The translations under genes and the position numbers were made by a program. This document shows, piece after piece, positions 50,348 through 61,031 of a DNA stretch of 64,000 nt (its first letter is position 1; the number at the start of each line of letters is the position of its first letter). This stretch comes from Phyllosticta citribraziliensis (Eukaryota): positions 124,001-188,000 of the forward strand of contig NW_027117351.1 of the NCBI RefSeq assembly GCF_038025025.1. Direction: 5' to 3'. The notes below the pieces were generated by a model that saw nothing but the letters and a program-made list of their open reading frames with translations, did not search any database and was not told the origin of the DNA.

Positions 50348-51129
50348 GGTGGGTGGAGGACGCGGCTTTTGGTTTGTCAGTGAAGTGTTTGGCATTTGCT
50401 GGAAGATTTGGGGGGCGGGCGAGAGAATGGGAGGACTCGCCCGGGCGAAGAGGTGAATGGCACAAACTGGAGACGGCGGAAGGGTTCCAATTTCCAAATG
50501 GTCGAGGTCGCGAGACGTTGGCTTGGTCAAAGTGTGGGTTTGATGTTGGAGGCCGGCGGAGCAAATGTCAACAAGTTTTCGGCCTCGAGAATCAAATCCA
50601 TTTTGACACAGCTTACTGGGGGCTCAATTTTCACACCGATTGTGTTAACTGTTGCCCTCCCAAAGAGACTGCTCTGATCCTATCACCCCATCCATCTGTA
50701 ACCAAGTCAAAGCCCTCCAAAAGCTGAAGTACTCCCATGATGAGCTTCACCACCTTGTACAGCCGCTGAAAGCGTGAAGTCCCCGCCAAGTCTCTCTCCG
50801 GCCTCATACCGGTCTCCCTTCTAGCTGACTCTCCCGAAATGGTGTATCCGAAACCCGGAGCCCATTGAAATTGCTCACACGCGTAGCTTGTCCATTTCCA
50901 GTGGCCGGAGTCCTCGTCTTGAATGCTCCCTGTGATCCACCGCTTGCCCCTTTCGCGTAGGAGAGGAGAATTCGGTGCTGAATGTACGAGTTTGGAGGAT
51001 GTAGAGGCACAAAGTAAGACTCTCTGACGTGTCTGCAATGAATATCAGCGCTGTTGGTGTACGATTTTGGGGTGGAGCACGTACTTTTGGAAAGAAGGCG
51101 TGAACTTTTCACAGGTTCTTGTGATAATC

Positions 51130-52110
51130 TCACTGATGCTCAGCATTTCCAGTGTCTGGATCCTGACTGCCAGAGCAACAAGGCAGCGGAGATTCGAAGA
51201 TCTGCCTGAGCTTTTCGCTGAGGACGAGTCCCGTTTCCACGTTCAACTTCTTGCTTCATTCATATATTAGCCTCGCACTGCAATTGGATTTGTGCCTTCT
51301 GTCTCACCATTCGTAAATAGCCTGGTCGGCAAGATTTCTGAACATGTAGTGCTTGTAAGCATGGGCTTGCAGCCGTCGGAAGTCGTCAAAGCCCGCGTCT
51401 TCGTATCCCATGAAATGGAAGTCCACGAAGGCACGCATGAACAAGCGGAAAAGCTCGTTGCGGTCTTGTTCACCGCAGAAGAGCGCAGCAATGTTGGTGC
51501 CTGGGGTAGTGGCTGTGTTCCTCATCTGTTTCAGCAACACCAAGATTTCTGACAGGGTTATTGGGAGATCTCCGAAACGGCTGACGATCCTGGGACCATT
51601 GAACGCTCCAATCTGACCATCTCCATTCATGACAGTGCCTTCTCCATCGGGACCAGGCTCCTTGAGATCCACCTTTTTCTTGGGACGGACAGGAAGGGAA
51701 AATTCAGCCGCGCGTTTCCTGCTGTCGTTGCTTGGCGCCTCGCGGCTGAGCATGGTCTTGGCCTTGCCAAAGTCTCTCAGAAGGACTTGGATGACCAAAG
51801 AGACCTGGCCGCTGGAGCTCTTGCGTTTATTGACGGCGGCTCTCAGAGTAGCTGTGGCTTTGTCGACGGAGCCCGCCTGCTTCACGAGGCTGTGGATGGC
51901 GGAGAGTATGCCTTGCGGATATTCGCGTGGCTCGAGGATGCGCGTGTCAGGTTGTCCGTAGCAGAGGAAGCACTTGGGACTGGAGACGTCTGGAGGTTGG
52001 CGCGGGCGAAAGTCCTCGTCCAAGAACGTCGCGATATCGATGGTGTCGGCTTGAATCTGCTGCAAGACACGATCCACCTCGGTATGGTCAGACGCCATTG
52101 ATGGATCCAT
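51130..52110 (-). CDS. Tandem-array family member 4 (~308 aa), unknown function
   Basis: DIATFLDEDFRPRQPP...TRILEPREYP. Intron 51254-51307; exon 2 encodes CKKLNVETGLVLSEKLRQIFESPLPCCSGSQDPDTGNAEHQ*. Confidence 0.83.
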
Positions 52111-53111
52111 GTGTGCTGGATAGATGCGAGAGTGTGAGTACGCTGGTTGGCGAAAACTTCAGAGGTTGGGTGAGCGTGGGCGCAAAATGCCGAGCTGTCT
52201 GGCGACGGCCGAGCACCGGAGCAGGCGGTGGTGATGGAGGATAGGGAGGCCTGTGCGCCGGTTCGCTTCCGGTGCAGGTGACGTCAGTGGTGATTGCCAG
52301 GGTACACCTACCTGGTACCTAGGCAGTTAGTAGTCACGTCTTTGCGCGTGTCCTCTCCTACTGTAGACAACAAGGAATCACGCTCTGCACCTTCTTCAGG
52401 TAGTCACCTGACAGTCACTCGACATTGGAGCCACTCCCATCGGCCCCCTCAGAAACCTGTCATCGCCTTTTCTCTAGTTAGATCTCCCGTGCGTTTCTGC
52501 TTCGATCCGGCTCGCACACCGAAATTGCTACTCTACAGGTCACCTCGAAGGAACCCCTCCTACCAACAGACCATCCCAATTTTCACCAAAGCAAAGACCA
52601 TCGCCTCCTCTCCACTTCTCCAAGCCGAATCTCTCCATTCTGACCAACACAAAATCCAAATACCAAGCGGGCTCCTGCTGAAGCGTAGACCCAATTTCAT
52701 CTTGACCTCTTTGTCCACGAATGCTCCCTCAACGCCGACATGCTTCTTTCCTGGCGTTGTACGGCCTTTCAAAGCGTGGAGCCTCCGCAAAATATCTCTC
52801 CAGTCTCGTATCGATCCCTCTATCAGCTAATCTCCCAACCTTTGTACACCTGTAGCTCAGAGTTCGATTGTGCCGTTGTTGACTGCTCCTTGTGCGCCAC
52901 CACATGGCTCGTTTCGGGCTGGAGAGGGGGTTTTGGTGCCAAATTTATGATTAAAAGGATGAAAGGCTTCCATGGTGTATCTAGACTGAAGGTCAGCGCT
53001 GGTTCTGGACGAATTAGTGGTGTAGGAGCGTACTGGCTCCTAAAGTAGTCTAGAGGAGTCCGGAAACGTTTGCCCAAAGTCCGAAACTTCTCGTAGGGTC
53101 TCATTATTTCC

Positions 53112-54032
53112 TCACTGGGGCTTAATTTGACTGCTCTCTTTGGCCTGATTGTTGGCACAGCACTGGAGTGGGGTTTCGAAGATGTTCCGGAGCGGTTTGC
53201 TGAGGACCAGTCCTGTTTCCTCACTCAATTTCTTGCTTTTTTGAATCATTAGCCGCTTCCTCTGGCAGAAGTGCTATCCTTTGACTTACTAGAGCTTGGA
53301 GGCCTCGTTAGCAAAGAGTTTGAACTGCCAATGCTTACGAGAGTGTGCCTCAGTGCCTTGCCGAATACCGAATTCCTCATCCTGAATGCTTGAGGCCCGA
53401 AGGATGGTCGTGCAGTTTATATGGAGAGCGTAAAGCTCAGATTCGCTCTGCTCACTGTTGAAACGCCTGGCAACCTCAGGTCTCGAGGCAGGGCCCTTCT
53501 GCAAGTTGCTCATTATCCTCAGTGTTTTCGCAAGCGCTTCTGGGACATCTTCCATGCGCTTGACGACGCTGGGACAACTCTTTTTGCCGTTGGGAGTGGA
53601 CTCGTTCAGAGCTCTTTGCTTTTGAGGGTGCATTGCTGGCGGCGGGGATTCGGGGGTTGGTTTATCATTGTCGGCAGTTGTAGCGTCATTGAGACTCTTC
53701 ATTGCATTTTTGAAGTCCCTTGGCAAGACCTGTATGTATAAAGAACCCTGCGTCACCAAGCTCTTGCGGTATGCAACCGCAGTCCTGAGAGCCGCCTGGG
53801 CTGCGGGAACAGTACCAGCTTTCTCCACAAGCTCGAGAACACTGAGCAGAGTATCCGTGGGGTATTCACGTGGTTCAAGAATGCGCGTGAGAGGTCGATC
53901 CGAGCGCGCCCAGTGGAAGCATTTGGCGGGATTTGGCAGCTGGCGGGGTCGGAAACCCTCGTCCAAGAATGTTGCGACGTCCTGCAAGATTTCGTCGGCA
54001 GCGGCGTGGTCAGAGGCCGCTGGGATATCCAT
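53112..54032 (-). CDS. Tandem-array family member 5 (~288 aa), unknown function
   Basis: DVATFLDEGFRPRQLP...TRILEPREYP. Intron 53236-53289; exon 2 encodes YKKLSEETGLVLSKPLRNIFETPLQCCANNQAKESSQIKPQ*. Confidence 0.83.
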
Positions 54033-55289
54033 GAGAACGGGCGGCGATTCGGGGTTGCTTGAAGGGTGTGGCCAGGGTGTTGGCTGAAGGTGACAAGAGA
54101 GATGAATTCGCGGTGGGCGTAGGCGGACGCACGATGAGTTGGGATGGCGTGACGGGAGGTACAGTTAGGTACGGTACGTTGTGGAAATGCGGGGTGACAA
54201 TTGCAAGAGATCCGGAGCGTGGTGGGCGTGAGGTGGGCGCAACACCGGACCAGGGCTCAGTTCAGACCGGACAGCGATAGACTTGTGTGCCTAACTTCCA
54301 AGGCAAACATAAAAATATGATCTATATAATGTGTGCAAACTACCATGTTTTCAACGACGATGGGCTTCTACGTCTGCAAAGTTGCGGTAGCGTACTGGTT
54401 GCTTGGAGAGCTCCGTAACCAGTGGCTGCCTTGTAGGAGAGCTCCGCAAGGCAGGAGCCCGGGGTCCAAGTCCCTTACTCGTCAATGCTGGCCAGCATTC
54501 TTTTTGACTTTTTTAACCTCTAAACATCGCTTCGACTCGCTTGTCAAAGCGGGCGAGAGGTGGTGGGTTAGAGTTTGGACAGTCTTGACACTCACCCTGT
54601 GTCAGAATCACTGCGGGCTTATGTGCTGGTGTTCCATTTTGCCAGGTATACTGTTAGCGGTTGTCATCCATTCACTTGGACGTCTTCTGCGTGAAGCTGG
54701 ACAAGGAAACCTGACCGTTGCGGAGCTGCTCGCCAACTCATTGCCAAGCCGTATCTCTGCCAAGTAAACAACACGTAGTGTCCCAAAAGCCTGCTGACAA
54801 TTTATAGCTAGCAGGCCGCGGTGACTTCACAGTCACCTATCGTCGGAGCCACTCCCCCCAGACACTGTTAAACACCCATCAACTGCTTTCTCTTTCGGCG
54901 CTCTACAGCCGTCTTTCTTCGACCACCAAGCTGAAAACCACACAAAACTGACCAAAGAGTCCAAGTATTCCCCGTCTCAAGGTCAGCGCCATCATAAAGT
55001 CCCTCAATCCCTTCTTCGGGCCGCATTTCTTAGCAGGCCGCCTCCTGAAGTCTAGGCCTGCTTCCGTCTTGACCGCTCTGCCCATGAATGCTCCCGCAAC
55101 GCCGGCATGCTTCTTTCTCGGCGTCATAAGGGAACAAGACAAGCCAGCATGACAGGGTGGGATGGCTAGGAGCGAGCCTTCGCAAACCAATCTCAAGACA
55201 TTCGTGGAGGAATCATTAGTCGTTTTCATGAGCAAAGATGCCGAATATTGGGCCAACCTCTTCATTTCGCGGCTCGAAGCTTGCAAGTT

Positions 55290-56322
55290 TCAAGAAGCGT
55301 TGTCGAGCGCACGCGTGGTGCCAGATTTGCCGGCCTTTTCCTCGCCAGCCTTTGCCTCATCATCATAGTCCTCGTCTTCTTTCGTACAGCACGTCATAGG
55401 GCTCAAGAACAGATCTTTCAGCTCGCCACTGATTGTGAGACCCGTCCTGGCATGCAGGCCTTCGCTTTTGGATGCCAGCAGGGTCAGAGCATAGAAGGGC
55501 AAAGAGAAGAGCTCACTAGATGCGCGCAGCAAGCGTGGAAAGCACATGGAAGCGCCAATGCTTGTGCGCATGGAGCGTCGACCTCTCCTTCTCCATAACT
55601 TGCAGTACTTCGTCGTCGTAGTTGGGGTCTGTGAAAGGCGGGAGATGTTCCACGGTGTATCGGAAAGTACTCATCGCAATGGTGAAGTCTGAGAAAGCTG
55701 CGAGCTCGTTGTCCCGGACCTGGACAGGAAAGTCTGGCTTCCCCGGCGCGCTCTTGATCTGGCCGAGAGACTTGAGCAGATGACGAAGCTCGACGGGGAG
55801 CCTTGCAAGGTTGTGGACGACTTTGGGCTTGACGGCCTTGGGCTCAGACGGCCGCTGATGCTTCGGAGTCGGCTCGTCTGGTGCTGGAGACGCGGCGTCG
55901 CGTTTGTTGTTACCGTCGTTATCCTTGTTGCGCAAGGATGCGCCACCAAGGATGACGATGGCGCGATTCAGGTCGTGGGGAAGTAATTCTACTACCAGGC
56001 GACTAGGTCCTCGATTGTTGGACTTGCGTTTTCTGATAGCCTCGCGTACAGCGGTCTGCGCCTTGCGGAGGTCGCCGTTGGTGTGCTCCACCAAAGCGGC
56101 AACGCCCCGGATGACCCCGTGGGGATATGCGTAATCAAAGGGATTGAGAATGCGAGTTGGGCGCTGAGTGTCTAGCAGCTTGCGCTCAGAATTGGTAGGA
56201 TCGGGCGGTTGGCGTGGCTTGACATCTTCGTCAAAGAACGAGGTTAGGTCGACACCTTGCTCTGCGAGGTACTGGCGCACCTCGGCGATGGGCAACTCAG
56301 GAATGCTCTGCGGGGAAGACAT
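55290..56322 (-). CDS. Tandem-array family member 6 (~326 aa), unknown function
   Basis: DLTSFFDEDVKPRQPP...TRILNPFDYAYP. Intron 55465-55516; exon 2 encodes YEGLHARTGLTISGELKDLFLSPMTCCTKEDEDY... An alternative upstream ATG lies at 56400. Confidence 0.83.
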
Positions 56323-57819
56323 GGCTTGGGCTTGACGACTTGAGGTCAGCGGCTCTGCGAAAGCAAAAAAGGAAGAGGTCAAACTACCTGGGCCAGACAT
56401 GCTGCGTTGCGGCCGTCCGTTGCGGGTGTGACGTTTACGCGACGTCGCGACGTGACAAAATAGCACGCCAGTGACAGGACCTGGAAGATTGACGGGCTGT
56501 TTAATGATGGGCGATTTCAGAGAGTGACGAATCCTATTGCAAGGTCAGTTGGGCGGACGGTGGTGCCGGAATAATTGCAACTGAACACCGACTTCCGGTC
56601 GAGCCTCTGGCGAGACTTACCGACGCTGAGAGTCCAAAAAAGCAAAAAAGGATGCTGGCCACCATCGACAACTGTGGGGTTTGACCCACGGGACGCGCTG
56701 GATCTGGGGGAGAGCGAGATCTTTGATACCCCCATTTCCAACTAGACCAGTCGTCCAGTAAAACCTTGTGTACTGGCGGGGGTCTGTCCGGCGTTGTCTT
56801 GGAAGATTGGACAGTTTGTTTACATTATATACCCCACTCTCTGCTTTTCTGACTTCGCAGTATATTCCAGTCTGGTGGGCCCTCTTGCAGTGTTGCACTT
56901 ACTCGCGGTGCTCTAGAGGCCGAGCACTCATCGTCGTAGCCTCAATTTACATCGACGCTTCTTCGCAAGTGGTGTTTCGCCTACAACCGCCGAATCTCAC
57001 ACCTCCAGTGCAATTATTCGCACGCGAGAAATTCTGGAGCCGGCTTGACGTGAAACTCAAACCCCCAGCGCGACTGCAGCATTGTTTGGCGTAAACGGTG
57101 CCCAGCGCTTCTCTTATATCATATCTTGACGCAAGCATCGCAGGTTACTCGCTGCCGTCTCTCGGAACAGTCGGTGGTGAGCTCTGTGGGTTGTCTTGAA
57201 AAATAGGAGCACTGTATGGTCGGCCTATCAACAGCAGCACATTCTTGGTCTTTCCATCGGCGGAGTCTGCGAAAGACGGAGAAGCTCGCTCGTCGTGGGC
57301 CGCCGAGAGGCTCTCTTAGACGACTTGGTGATGACGACGAAGCGTGGAAGGATAAGACAGCGGGAAGAGGGTGTTAATTCTGGTCGTAGAACTTGAGCAG
57401 CACGCGATGGAGACGATCCATCGACGTGCTCTGCCCGAAGAATTTTACTGCTTGACCAAACACAATTTTTGCCTTGGAAATCCCTCACGCTTCTCGACCT
57501 TTCCAGAACCCTGGCTTTTTTTGTCAAACAAGTGAAGTCTTCGTGACAGCGGAAGAAAATAAAGAAAGATTTGGAAACTATTTTGATGAGGGCTGATTCT
57601 ACATTGTGATTCAGCCTAGTGTTGGGGTTTCTAGTCTTGAGGTGTGGGCCCGGCTCCGCAATCTATCTAGCACAAACGGGAGAGCCGATGAGGGCACAGC
57701 CTATGGACGCCTGGAGCCTTGAAGGAGGCGACAACGTTGAAGGCACGAAATTGTCCAGGATGTAAGGGAAGGTGATATCATGAGACATCTTGACCGAGCG
57801 TGCGGCGCTCGAGGAGCAT

Positions 57820-58894
57820 TCAGGACGGGACGGACGTGAAGAGCTCCTTGAGCTCGTCGAGAATCGTGATGTCGACCTTCTCATGAAGCTCGCGACTATT
57901 CAACAGGTTAGCACGATTACAAGGCAGCTGCAGGACAAACTTACTAATGTTTGGCAACCCTTTGGGCGAGCAGATTGCGCTTGATGAGGGCGTTGACGTG
58001 CTCCTGCTTGCGTGCACAACGCTCCGCCTGGTCATGCGCCGCCTCGGAGCGCGCATAATCTTCAGCAGCCTTGGTGGCTTGAAGAATCTTGGTGAGCTCG
58101 TTCAAAGTAAGCTTGCCCTCGAGGTCGGGATAAGACTCGGGCGTGGCTTGAAGATCTTCCATATCGTGAAGGCTGCTCAAGTCCTCGGCGAAAAATCGCG
58201 GCAGGCCAGCAAGCATATCCGTGATCGAAGGGCAAGGGCGGTCAATGTCGATGGCGGCAAGCTGTGTCTCGAGAGCGACAGCTGATGCGGCTTGGTTCTC
58301 ATCTTCGTTGGTGTGCGCCATCTCCTTGTCATCGTCCACCTCGTGCTTCATGGAAAGGTTCCACCTCTGGAGATTGACCGGATCCTGAACATTGAGGCGA
58401 TTAACTTGACGTTCCAGTCTCTGCGGGCGCATCTGGCGCTTGGAGCGAGGGGTCTCCTCTGCATCCGAGAGACGCTCATCGGCAGTGCGCTTGCGTCCTG
58501 AAACGCTCGAGTTGCCATGAAGATATCCACCGATGACCTGTCCAAAGTCCTTCTCGATGACTTCCTTGATTTTAGAGATCATCCCGCCCATGGCCCTCCT
58601 TCGCTGGACTGCATCGAGCAGGCTGGCCTTCACATCTTGCGGAGTCTTGTTCTTGCACTTTGCAATGTGCACGAGCTTGTCCAGAAAAACGACGACGCTG
58701 GCTGGGTATTCGCGTAACTCAAGAATGCGAGTTTCATGCTCTGAAATACGCAGCCTGTGCTGAGGTTTGCGGGGGTTGGATGGGGCGCGTGGCTGGATCG
58801 ATGGGTCGAGTATTGTGTCGATGCTTAGATCTTTCAGGTTCGCCAGCGCCGCGTCGACCTGAGATTGTGGCGGCGGCTGCTTTGACTTCGCCAT
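57820..58894 (-). CDS. Tandem-array family member 7 (~341 aa), unknown function
   Basis: ALANLKDLSIDTILDPSIQPR...ETRILELREYP. Intron 57896-57944 (GTAAGT...GCTAAC...TAG); 76-nt exon 2 encodes YRELHEKVDITILDELKELFTSVPS*. Confidence 0.85.
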
Positions 58895-59200
58895 GTTGCG
58901 TGTTGCTGGTGACGCGTTGAGGTTGTGGTAAAGATTGGCGTTGAGTAGCGATCAGAAGAGATTGGAAGATTGGGCGCGTAGTCTGGCAGAGACGCAGGGT
59001 GATATGAGGAGAGGAGCGGCGTGGGCGGAACGTGGCGTGCCGGAGGTGGTGTTGGCCGCAGGAAGAGAAAGGTCGCCTGCAGATGCCTCAGGCAAAGCAA
59101 ACCAGCGGACCTGGGATTGACAGAACAGTGAACAGCGAAGCAGGAACTCGACAACGGACTTGATTCTCGTGCTGGCCCTCCTTGCCCTTGCATCTCAGCA

Positions 59201-60466
59201 CTAGGAAAGCCTTTCTCTTACTGAAGCAACAATGTCACTCAGGCCTTTCAGACGCTCTTCTCGATTCTCGCCCAAATACAATGCAGCCACCGGCCAAGCG
59301 TGTATTGAACCTTCTTCTTCGTGCAACTTGACGCGTGCGCCAGCGCTCCCGAGGAGTGCTATCAGGTCACGAATTTCCGGGCCAAAGACCTCCTCCTTGC
59401 CAAACAAAATTACCCAGCCATGAGCGGGGCTCGCTCTCAGCCATCGCCGAAGATCCTTCTCTTTACCTGGAGACACCATAGGATCGTCGATCGAGATTTT
59501 CGTGCCAGCGTATTGTCGCCCGTAGAGATGAAGAGTTTCAGCATTCAGGTAGTCGCTGCTGGTGTCGCGGTCCTTTTCAGACACGAGCGTGACCCAAGGA
59601 GAAATCAGAGTGGCCAAGCCTGGCAATTGTGCCTGATGTTGAGGATGGTCCGCCAAATAGAGGAGGAGGCTCAAAATCAAAGTTCCACCAGCAGAGTCCC
59701 CGCCGACGCAAACCCGAAATGGATTCTTGACGACAGAGAGAACGTGTTCGTAGCCAGCGAATGCTTCTTGAATCTGCGTAGGGTAGACGGCATCCGGGAC
59801 CAACGTGTACTCTAGAGCAAACAATGCAGGATTCTTGAAGCCTGCTTCTTTGAGCAAAGCTACCCATGCGAGCAGGAACTCCATGTAAAAGTAGCTCGAA
59901 CCCATGGCAAAACCGCCTCCTGCGAGACGTCAGCTTCATCTTTGGCTCTAGGAAAGATGATTACCATGGAGGTAGAAAATTACTACGTCAGGCTCGGCAG
60001 TCTCGTCGACGGTCAACCAAACGCCCGAAAACCTCTTCTCTTTCACTTCACGCCATGCGATGGGCGAGCGAAGGTAGCCATGTCTCAGCATCCGCCATCT
60101 CAGGAAAGGAAAAGAGACGGGTTTTGAAAAGAATACACGACCGATAGGCGCAGGCATAAAGGCGAAAGCGTATCGAACATATCGTATGACAAAGTCCTGA
60201 AACGGGGTGGCCCTCTGGACGAAAGGGGACCTGGACCGGAGGGGCGTCAAATATCGCTCTCGAATGAATTGGTATGGTACAATGATGGCTGTCTTCAATC
60301 AACTTCTCATGGTCTAGACTGGGGTGGGGCATGAAGTACCCAGGTGTGGAATAGCAGGCAAAAGCCAGGCAGCAAGGTCGAAAATACCAACCTCGAGTAG
60401 AAGTTGGGGCGCGAGAAAGATCAAAAACACGAGGCAATCGAGATAGGAGATTTGACTGAGAATCAT
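59201..60466 (-). CDS. Alpha/beta hydrolase, HSL-like (Say1/steryl acetyl hydrolase-like) with N-terminal hydrophobic segment
   Basis: FYLH|GGGFAMG spans intron 59920-59964; nucleophile motif GGDSAGG, LISPW and HAWP are present. First intron at 60289-60339. Confidence 0.9.
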
Positions 60467-61031
60467 GTTGTTTACATGGAAGGATGTGAGAAGAAGCGCG
60501 ATTCAACAAGAGTTGAAGTCGAAAGAAGCGCAGGGCGGATCAACGTTTGTGACGCTGGCTGGCCGCTAGAATGAAACGAAGGAATTTGAAAGCCGGCTCC
60601 CGAGTGGTCCAGATTGAGCCTTTTTGTCCAATACCGGAATGAGTCTACGGATGCAAACGATTGGCGGAGGAAGGGAGTTTGTTGTTGGGCATGGGATGAG
60701 GTGAGGTTGACCAGTCACGTGGATGCGCCGGGGCCCGAGAAACGTGACCAGGAAATCTGCAGCGCCAACCCAACCTTTAGCGCACTACTCTACCATCACC
60801 GTCAAACCAGACAACTGCAGGACACGACAGTAGGGTGGCGCGCCCTTCTCTCCTCGCTCTCAACCGACCACATACCCTGCGCCCTCGCTTTGCTTCGATT
60901 GCTCCACCTGTCTCAATGCGCTGAGCCTTCCCCGATTTCCTGGCTGTCTGGCGACACCTTGCGCGATTCCAGATACGAGCCGTACACGCGCGACTCTCGC
61001 CACGCGCAGCTCGACTACGCGTCAGGAAACC

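Noticed and set aside
40713..58894. Accessory block as a transposon or Starship-like element
   Set aside because: No transposase, reverse transcriptase or tyrosine-recombinase motifs, terminal repeats or target-site duplications were seen.
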